DNA from: Psilocybe cubensis
Lineage: Eukaryota
DNA length: 64,000 nucleotides
Assembly (NCBI GenBank): GCA_017499595.2
Contig: CM039000.1
Location: 3,410,001-3,474,000 of the forward strand
Reading direction: 5' to 3'
The position numbers and the translations under genes are program-made. Shown piece by piece: positions 54,480 through 64,000 of the stretch (within the stretch, counting starts at the first letter, position 1; each line of letters begins with the position of its first letter). The notes under the pieces were generated by a model. It saw nothing but the letters and a program-made list of their open reading frames with translations. It searched no databases and was not told the DNA's origin.

Positions 54480-56099
54480 ATGACATCAGGAATCCAATCC
54501 CTCCCCTTTCTCGGTCTCAACGAAGACATTCTCTTATACATCTTCTCTCTCAATGCCAATGCTGTAGACTCCTTCGTCTGTGAGTCCCACTCGTACCCCG
54601 TGTCGGTTATGGACATCGACTACGGTAGGTCTGCCGCTTTGAATGTCACCCGATATAGCTCGCAAGTATGCCGCGAATGGCGCCACCTGATTCTCGCTTC
54701 ACCCACTTTGTGGGCTAACTCTCTGGACTTGGAGTTGTTGGACTGTGGGACTGACGAGTGGCGGAATGAAGTCGTCAAAAGGACAGGAAACTGTCTCCTC
54801 ACCGTCGTAGGCACAATGCCTTCGATGTATGAACTCTTCCCTATGTTCCAATTCCTCCGTGATTTCTTTGATAAAAATTGGACTCGCATTCGTCGGCTGA
54901 TTGTGTACGACGACTTCTTTAATGGAGCTAATTGGAAAGAGCTACTCAAGAGACCTTCACCAAACCTTGAACGACTTCGCATAATGGGACAAGATATGAC
55001 CTTTGATAATATTCAAGATGGGACATTGTTCAGCGGCACTTCTCCACGGCGTCTTTATGATATTTATATATATTTCCGGCTCGAATTCGACCCAGTTCAT
55101 CCCTGGTACACCAACCTCTGTCACATTCAGAATCTTTGTGTCGACAAATTTTCAGCTTCGAAACTGCTACGTGGTCTAAAACTGTTACCGTATCTTGAAA
55201 CCTTGGGAATTGTAAACAACTTGATTGATTATGAGCTCGACCGACCTCTAGCGCCTATCAACTTGCCAAACCTAACACAGCTCAGTATCAAGTCCAACGT
55301 TATGACAATAATTCCAATGTTGAAATACCTTGTTCCTGGGCCAAACTGCTCCTTGCGTTTAGATGACTACTTCTATCTTCCTCGTACATTCAGTTCATTG
55401 CCAGAGACTTTTGAAAACTATCTGGATATTGGTGGTGCCCTGTCAACATTCCTTGGACATCAGGCTTATCAAAACCTAACTTTCCACAAATTTCACTATT
55501 ACGAAATGAAAGATCGTGGAAAGTTCAATATACGTGATGACCAAGGAGTGTTCGACATAGCTTTGGAGGACACGGTCACTATTTTGCTCAACCACGGTGA
55601 AAATTGGCCGGACTTCGTATCCCAAGTTAATGCTGCGTTGTCTCCATTAGCTTGTTCTGTTTTGCCAACTACAAATCTTCATCTGGGAGTTCATGATCTC
55701 CCGTCACAAAGTGATTCCATGCTCGCCTTCTTTGACAACTTCAAAAATGTGCGAATTCTAGAAACGGACCCGAAAACTATTCAAATTATCGGACAAGCGG
55801 TACAAACTCACCGAGGAGGTCAACTTGGGGGTTCGACTCTTTTTCCCTCCGTCTGCCATATCGTGGTACATCCCTGGCAGTACAAATATAAAGTGGACAC
55901 AAAGGAGCTGTACAAGTTTGTCAAGTTTCGCAAGAATCATGCGGTGCCCATCGAAAAAGTTTACTTTTGCTATTCAAGTTGTACAACAGAAGAAGCTGCA
56001 TCTTGGAGGGCATTTGCCAATGAGCTTGACTTTGAAGTGGAATTTGAATCTCGAGCCAACCGGAGTTACGACGTATCTGATTCTGATGCTTGGCCATAG
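54480..56099 (+). CDS. Intronless F-box-like/LRR protein (Agaricomycete expanded family)
   Basis: LNEDILLYIF..SQVCREWRHLILASPTLW; SPNLERLRI, LPYLETLGI, LPNLTQLSI; FPSVCHI..FVKFRK..PIEKV tail. Confidence 0.85.
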   Translation: MTSGIQSLPFLGLNEDILLYIFSLNANAVDSFVCESHSYPVSVMDIDYGRSAALNVTRYSSQVCREWRHLILASPTLWANSLDLELLDCGTDEWRNEVVKRTGNCLLTVVGTMPSMYELFPMFQFLRDFFDKNWTRIRRLIVYDDFFNGANWKELLKRPSPNLERLRIMGQDMTFDNIQDGTLFSGTSPRRLYDIYIYFRLEFDPVHPWYTNLCHIQNLCVDKFSASKLLRGLKLLPYLETLGIVNNLIDYELDRPLAPINLPNLTQLSIKSNVMTIIPMLKYLVPGPNCSLRLDDYFYLPRTFSSLPETFENYLDIGGALSTFLGHQAYQNLTFHKFHYYEMKDRGKFNIRDDQGVFDIALEDTVTILLNHGENWPDFVSQVNAALSPLACSVLPTTNLHLGVHDLPSQSDSMLAFFDNFKNVRILETDPKTIQIIGQAVQTHRGGQLGGSTLFPSVCHIVVHPWQYKYKVDTKELYKFVKFRKNHAVPIEKVYFCYSSCTTEEAASWRAFANELDFEVEFESRANRSYDVSDSDAWP

Positions 56100-57089
56100 T
56101 ATTTTTTTAATCTCTCCTTTCACTGCTTGCTCGGTTATTATTAGATGATTGTTGATATACTTCGTGATAATTTGAGCCACTGCTTCCGAGTAGTTGAATA
56201 AATTGCTTCGTACCTCCTTGTTTAAGCGCCCTGCTTAAAGAAATTTACGAGTTCCATACCTAACGTGTATTCCAACTGGAATATTATCATCATGATATTA
56301 GCCGCCTCCAATGGACCTTGACTGCACTCCGATGAGACACGAATTGTTGTGTTGTCGTGTAGCTTTTGTCAAGGCCACGGTAACTGGGTGACGGGGAAGG
56401 GAAGAGAGCGATATGGGAGTACCTTGAATTGAATGTTAGCATAAGCCGTTACGGCAAGTATGGTTTGCTCCAATGGCTCAACGTAACTCACTTAGCCAGG
56501 CTGATCAGCGAGAACCCCGATTGAAATGACCAGCGTGGTTAGCAATGCTTTCTCACAAGTGGCCTTCAAGTTCAGAACCGTCTGAACCAGATGACGAAGA
56601 AGTCGCTACAAGTTGAGTTCTAGACAGATAATCCATCGATTTAGACCATGAAGAGATATCGAGAAGTATGTTCTTTGAGGAGACACTGAATAGTTAAAAT
56701 ATAGTCAGATTGCGGCATTCCAGGTGATGTGGTGAACCTGCGGGCGAATATCTTGACCCATTGTGTTTTTATGTGCGAAGAAATGAGTTAAAGGCTAGAT
56801 CAAGCTAATCCATGTCGTCGTAGTCGTAAAGAAAGCGAAAGATCGATTAAAAGATACGTGAGGGGTAATTTCCGTGTTTGGCTCGGTTGTCCTGGCATCA
56901 AAAGCAGGGCTGACGCTCTTTTTCATCTACAACCTCGTACAACCAGCGCTTTATCGCGCCAAAGCCATACATACTCTCCTTTAAACTTCTTTCTTTGTTT
57001 TGACGGGTCGTATGCAGTCGCTGGTCCGTCTGTAAGGCATAGACACCCGTCAGCTACCACCACCAACTAGCACCCGTCCCCCACACAAA

Positions 57090-60000
57090 ATGTGAGTTGT
57101 CAGCCATAATCGACGGTGCATTTCCAATTGAACCCGTGTCTCTCTGCGTGTTTAGGACGAGTACACGAGTTCCACCTCTTCCTACAAATCTTAAGGAACG
57201 CATCGCGGCCATAGAGCAAAAAGTTGGCAATGCTGGGCCCAGTTCAAGATCGATATCGCCAGCGCCAGGGGCACTTCCGAACGCTCCGACCAATGCAGGC
57301 GCACTGCGCGACAAAATTGCTAAGTTTGAGGGAAAGGGAGGCATACCGGCCCCAAGAAGCAGGTTCGGGATGGGTGCACCTCCTACAGCACAGGCGCCGC
57401 AGAGGAGTGGAGAGCTTTATGGGAACCGTATTCCAGCCCCTGCGAGGTCGGTCAGCAATGGTGTCTACCCAGCGAGTCGCGCAGCTTCTCCGACAGGGGA
57501 CACGATTTCACCCACCGACCGACGCTCTTTCTCTCTTTCAAGTGTAATGAACGACTTTGACGACCGCCTAGGGGACTACACACCTGTCAGCTCTCCCTCA
57601 TACACCTCTCCTGTCGAGTCGCCCGAGTCCGTGTTGTCCATGCCGAATAGCCCGGAACTCTCCCCTGGCGCAAAAAGCATTGACATACGTAGGGGGACCT
57701 CGTTTCAGAAAGCACTGGAGATCGCTCGAAATGCGGAGCACGCGAAGCTGGAACCATTAGACCCTGCTGTTATTTCTGCACTTCGACCACCACAGCTGCA
57801 AGATGATAATGGCGAAGAAGTAGAATCTCCTCAGTCAACTCCAGCCATTGTTGTTTCCACCGAGGTGTCTCCTTCCACCGAGGCTCCAGAATCAGCTCTG
57901 GATGTCACTGTTTCCTCTCAGGCAATTCCCATTGACGAGGCAAGCCCTACCGTCTTTACAGATACCACCGAATCCACTCCGCTGAATGTTCAGAACGTCG
58001 CACAACTCAAACCTGAGGTTGCTGCACCCTCAGTCAGTGATGACAAGATTTCGATGCCTGTTGCCCCTGTGATAATCGAGGTCACTCCTCTGGCCGTTCG
58101 AAAAAGGCGAGGTACAATATCGCGTCAGAATTCAGACTCAATCCCTTCTGAACACATTCCGGATGTGCCACCTATTCCACAAATCCCTACAAATGTCGAC
58201 CACGATGCTGAAAAATCGACCCCACCTGCAATTATTGTTCACGATGCAGCGACATCCAAGCCCATCACTGAAGATTCCGAGAATCAAGAGAATCACTTCA
58301 ATTCCCGCAATGCTGCGTTAATACTCGACGCAATTTCCATTGATCCTCAAATTCTCATTCCACCTTCTCTTGCTACAGGTGTTTCGCTTACCGATGTCTT
58401 AAATGATTATATTGTAGGAGAGCACACTTCGGAGGACGAGAAACGGGCAGCTGCAACAACCACGCCTCCTCCTATGGTTACTTCCTCAACGCCTTCTTCT
58501 CCGCCTGCCAGACTCGCCTACGATAGTCCAGAAATCTCACCTGCAGAAATCGTTGAGTCTCCTCCCATCCCTATAGCAAAGCCACGAGCCAAAGCGACTC
58601 CCGAACCACTCAACTTCCTCTCCCCTCCGGCAAGCGGCATGCTACCTTCCTCAACTTCAGCCTCAGTAGCAGGTGGATCTTCCTTGAACTCACTTTCTAC
58701 CTCACTTAGCTCGCGTCCGATGAGCATGATAGAGACCAGCCCAAGCCTCGTCACCCGCGCCATGCGCATGACACCCGCCACTAGCCGTGGCGTACCCGTG
58801 TTTATCCCGCCCCCTGCCAACACGCAACCTCGCAAATCCGATTTTGTCTACTTCCCACCGACTCCTGACCCCGAGGAATCCGAATTCGGAGAAATTCCCC
58901 GAGGAGGTGCGAATGGGTCAATGCATAAAGCGTCGCAATCATTGTCGGAGGGTACGGCGAAGGGTGAGGATGCAAATAAGGCTACAACGTTCACGGCAGT
59001 GGTGCATGGCAAGGTGCGGGAAGCGTCGACGACGCTGCCTTCCACTAGGAGGTATGTCGCGCCATCGACGCCCCAGATGAAGAGGGTGCAGAGGCAGACC
59101 ATCGCTGAACCCCCCTTGAGTCCTGGACAAGGAGAGCTCGCGGCGCTGCTTCAGGAGGCTATGTGGTTGGAGGACACACTGAGTAAAGGCGAGCTTCCGG
59201 CGGAGATTATACAACAGAAAGAAATGGATGAGAGAGCGGAGCTTGAGGTAATTGAGGAGGAGAATGTGGAGAAAGTTAGACCTGCGAAAGGGGAAGAAGA
59301 TGGACTAGCAGAGGAGCAAAAGGGGATCACTCAGGCCTCTACCAAGTCGCAAGACACGAGGAATGAGCCAACCTCTGGCAAATTGAAGCATACCTTTTTG
59401 ATCCCATTGTCAAAGGCTAGATCTGTGCATCGTTCTGAGGGTTCTACGTCTTCTAAAGCAGAGGAATTCCCAAGTCGACGCATGGAACAAGATGTAGTTC
59501 GTCCAAAATCAGCTGGAGTGCCTGATCAGTCTGCTGGACGCGTTGCCAAATCGTCTTTGCCCCCTTCTGATGTCTTCCAATCACAAGCCGAACCTTCGAC
59601 AGCAGCAGCTGAGGTACAGCCTCAACGACTTGAACCCTCACATACAGGTGGTGAATACCCCTCGAAGTCCCCAAAATCTTCCAGATTCGCAAGTTTCCGC
59701 AGGCTAGGTAGCCTCTCGAGGCCAAGCACGATGTACGGGTCGTCCTCATCTGTACGACATAGTCAGTCAATGAGTTCAGAAATCTCCTCAGAGGATTCGC
59801 AGGCTGTTGCAACGCCTCCTGAGGCGCATTTGGAGTTTGGTGCATTGAAATTCCTCCCGGCTAATGAAGACTATGGTCACGGAAATAGGTCAACTACCTC
59901 TTTCCACTCTTTGTCGTCTAAAAAAAGCGGAAGTAATTTGGGGCGGGCAGCATCTTTTGCTGAGAAAATGTGGTCAAGGGCAAGAACGAAGTCGAGCACA

Positions 60001-60717
60001 AGCACCGTTAGTTTAGCTCCGAGTGAAGGGACAGGTGAGAAAATTTTACTTATAAATGATAAAGCAACTTATCTGTGCATAGTGGATGAGGCTCCCAAAC
60101 TCCCAGCATTTGGCGCAACTGCTGCTTTGGAACTTCCAACCTTGCCATCTGTCCCTGTAATTGTTCCTCCGTCCCCAGAGAAGAAGAGCAATTTGATTTT
60201 GGATCCTCCAAAGCGATCTACGTCACTCAAACGGTCAACAAATTTGCCGCCTATTCCGCTCGAACCCGTGCCTCCTATCCCTACGATCCCTATCTCAATT
60301 CATTCTCGCCCTCAGGCGCGCAATGCCGAAATCTCTCTTGAAACTTCTAACGATTCATTGTTGCCACCTGGTTCGGGAGACTCTTCGCGGCCAACTTCAT
60401 GGACGTCATTATCATCCGCAGGGTCGCTGGGCTCCCTGCCCTCCCCTCTGTTTGACAAAGAATTCTTTGATTCGTTCCCTTCTGTTCCCGGAACAACACC
60501 TATGCCAGATATCAACACTGTCGCCAATTTTCCTCATCGGCGCGATGCATCGTTTGACTCTGCCCTGCTTTCCTCCGCGATCCATCTTGCTTCATCGCAT
60601 AAATCCGCTGCAAATCCTTCTACCACTACTCTTCATCAACAGCTTCCAAATTACAAAGATACACCCACCGCAGTATCCGTCGCTCTACCTCGTCGCTCTG
60701 GGGAATCGACTCGTTGA
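57090..60717 (+). CDS. Large Ser/Pro-rich intrinsically disordered protein of unknown function; start codon probably split by an intron
   Basis: Long ORF; AT|GTGAGT..TTTAG|G gives MTSTRVPPLP; LKERIAAIEQK and LRDKIAKFEGKG motifs; probable in-frame intron 60035-60082. Confidence 0.85.
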
Positions 60718-61372
60718 GGGATGACTCCTAACATCATCTCGAATCTCGAATCTCTGCCTCCCAATCTCACTATTACAAACCAATTCTTTTGCCGCTATTC
60801 TAGTTACATATTATGCTAAATGCTACCAACATACTTGCTGTCATCTACGTTGCTCTACTTCATGTCCTTTTTGTTCTCCTTCTCTTTCCATTTTTTGACG
60901 TGTGGTTCAATTCGCTTTTCCGAAGTTAAAAAGCTTGTTCATGTTCGCCGTTGACATTACACTACTGCCTCTTGCATAGTTTTTCTGAGTACTCTCAGCG
61001 CGTCCATAATAAATTTCTCATCGAATGCTCATAAATTTTGCTTTAGTGATTTGATGTGCACTGTTTACATTCAAGCAGAAGGAAAGCACGCCGCCACCTA
61101 CGAGTCTCCAACGGCGTGTCATGTAAGTTAACACGCCATCATGTGACTCCGTGCCTTCGTTTAAACTTTTTTTTGACTTGATTCGAAGTTCAAACTCTCT
61201 CCAAACGGCCATCAGAACTCAAAAATGAACGTCATGCCTTGAAGAAATTTATTGAGCTGCAGAACTGAAGTTATATAAGTTAAAAGCTTTTGTGCATGAT
61301 GTGCCTTATATGCCCCCCTACCCCCTATCTCTAATATTCAGAGTGCACATTGGTAATTTGACATTGGTGATC

Positions 61373-64000
61373 ATGTCGAACTTCAAGATGCAAACACTGG
61401 ACCAACAACATTCACAGGTATGTTAGAGCTGTAGGCGTTCACTCTACATAGTCTTCTAACACCAAGCTTGTATTAGGCATCATCGATTTACGAGGGCGAT
61501 TTGTCGATTATTGCTGATTATCGTGAAAATGCTGTCGTCGACAACGTGAATCCCCATCTCAAATCTGAACATCCTACCGAAGAACCTGAGAGTAATCGAC
61601 AAAATCCAGGTCGGTGCGCTCAATGACGTTGCTTATGTTCGGTGTGGTGACTTTTTTGTGTTCAGTTACCGCCAATCCGAAAAGAAAACGTGAAAATGAG
61701 GACAATTATACGTTATCTGATGGGTCCATTCAGGAGTCAAAACGCGCAAAAGTCACTCCCTTCGCTCTCAACCCTATTCACGATTCTGGCAATTCTGCTG
61801 CTGGGAATGATCAGTTCTATTTTATAGTATGTTTTTCTAACAGAATGCGTTTGAACCAATTCCTACATTTTTCAAAAATAGGCACATTGCCCTCGTGTAC
61901 AGGCCGCAATGAGGAGAGCCAAGTTACCCAGAGGCGCTCGGTTTGAGCTAGCGCGTCTAGTCTCGACCAACAAAATTAGCATCGACCAATTAAAAACGGC
62001 AAACATTATGGCCATCGAGGGGCCAAATGCACATGCAATCCCCGAGATCGAACATATGTTTCTTAAAGCTCGACGGAGGCACGATTCCCTATTGGACATT
62101 GCCTTTGCAAAGGAAATTGCAATCAATGTAAGGCTGTCTGTTTTTCTCTGTTTTTTTTTACGATTTGAACGATTACAGTCTCCGTGGGCGGAACTGGATC
62201 AAGAAGAACGCGCGCTCTCAGAGGGACCATATGAGGGCTTAGGAAACAATCCATCTTACCCTGGTTGGTATGGTGGAAAGGTTCAGTTTCGCGGACATCT
62301 GTCTGCAGACCGTGATAAGAACCAGTTTATAACTCAAAAATCCATCAGATTGGTTCTTGACAAGTGCCAACTTGGTTCCTCCTGTCGATTCACTCGAAGA
62401 TTTGGATCGTGGTCATTCATAAGAGTCAAGATTCCATCGGATCTTTATTTCAACAAAAAAATTCAATTAGACGTTTTTTTTCGTCAAGGGTTTGTGATAT
62501 GGGACCGCGTTTTTCGAGCTTGCTATGCAAAAGGTGACAATGTATTTTTATTTATGACGAATGAGAAATTACACTCTTCTTCCGGGTCTGGGACCTTTGA
62601 GGACGGACTATCTCTTGAAGGTTTCATAAATTGGCATAATCCTCTAGCGCATAATACCAACCAGGCAAGGGTATTCCGTGCACCTCCCCATTCCAGCAAT
62701 TAACTAATTTCTGTTCAGTTGATGACAAAATGGGCCTCCCGAATGGTTCTCGGCTTTTCGACCTCAGTTCCTGGGCCAGTGATAGAACAAGACTGTATAA
62801 TACTCGAACCAGATATTGGTGAGCAGTTTGAGTTCGTTCTCTCTCGTCAAGCAGGCAATAACCCGTGTTCATAATAGTTTCTGCCCAAAATTCCGATATG
62901 ACTGATGGCTGTGGCCTGAGTTCCCGTATGGTACATCAACTGATTTTGAGGCAACTTGAACTTGATGTGCTTCCTTCTGCTTTCCAATTCCGTTTATCTG
63001 GGTGCAAGGTATGTACCACCACAACTTTTCATCTTCAACAATTAGTTAATGTTTACGTAGGGAATGTCCCTACTACGCAATGACCTGCATGATGCCAGTG
63101 ACGATGACAAAAAGATATGGGTTCGGCCCTCTCAGACGAAGATTCAGTACGATCCATCTAAACCATTGGATCCCGCCATGCGGACTATCGATCTTCTACG
63201 AACACCTCATATGCGTTCAGGAATAAGGCTATCGAACGATGTTGTTATTAACCTCGCTGAAAACGGCGTCCCTGATCAAATCTTTGTGGACCTTTTCAAA
63301 ACGACCCTCGAAGAATTAGTTACCGGATTGACGACATGGGATGGACCAGATGCAATGTTCAAGCTTTGGATGTTTGTTGAACGCGTCGGAGGAGTAGTTT
63401 CCAGCCGTCGGGCAAGGGAATGTAGAACTGAAGCTCGTGTTAGAGGATACTCAAACTACACCGCCGAAGAATTGGAAGAAAACCCTGAAGCCGATGATGA
63501 GGATGGGCTCTCGCTCGGCTCAAAGGACATGCGCTCCCTTCCATGGTTTATGGATGCTATCTCTGGATGCCCATCTACCCTTGAGGAGTTCATCTGTGAG
63601 CTACTCGACTCGGGTTTCAATCCTAAGAGCCTCCAGGTACTGCGCCAGAAGTTAAGGATGGTTGCCATTACAAAGGTTGAAAACTGTACCGAAAGACTGC
63701 GGTTCAATGTAGAACAGTCGTGTATTGCGTTCGCCGTGCCAGGTATGTATCCCAGATTTTAAATACTGCAGGTAATGTCTGTACTGACTTCCACTGTTAG
63801 ACCCATATGAGTGCCTTGGACCCAACGAAGTTCAGATTAAAAGTTCTAGTCATAACCTTAGACTTAACGATGGATCATTAACCAATGTTATCAAAGGACC
63901 TGTCTTGGTGATTTTTATTCGCGTTATGATCACCAGCTTTTATCTAATGATATCATACGTTTCAAATCACAGGTTGGAAGAGATCCATGCAAAACTCCAT
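61373..64000 (+). CDS. RNA-dependent RNA polymerase (RNAi, QDE-1-like), 3'-truncated by window
   Basis: WYGGKVQF, SCRFTRRFGS, KWASRMVLGFSTSVPG, MTDGCGL, PSAFQFRLSGCKG, WVRPSQTKI, INLAENGVP, AVPDPY, RDPCKL; the catalytic DxDGD lies beyond the window. Confidence 0.92.

Overview
Gene-dense, intron-rich fungal nuclear DNA, most likely a mushroom-forming basidiomycete (Agaricales-like). This rests on short GT-AG introns of about 45-65 nt, CTRAY branch points and Agaricomycete-type F-box and single-pass membrane families; the species cannot be determined. About 25 protein-coding genes were assembled by hand across introns. They include UBC9, a Cox24/mS38-like gene, CSN7, an Atg15-like lipase, a WSC-only secreted protein, SNU13, a GGCT-like gene, an Asi-like RING ligase, two tandem carboxylesterases, two F-box-like genes, a CE16 esterase, AP-2 mu, a SAPS/PP6 regulator, FAHD1, a secreted EEP-jacalin fusion, a NAD(P)-binding protein, a Q-rich putative regulator, ILV2, a large disordered protein and a partial RNAi RdRP. 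I found no tRNA, rRNA, CRISPR array or intact transposon, and no convincing new multi-gene system. The most interesting signals are in RNA processing and regulation. UBC9 and FAHD1 each have an over-long intron with an internal acceptor and a candidate poison exon. One start codon appears to be split by an intron, and two tandem paralogues differ precisely at two non-adjacent intron positions. ILV2 has Ala at the sulfonylurea-sensitivity Pro and a repeated ATCGGCC motif upstream. All calls come from reading the sequence; no database searches were run.
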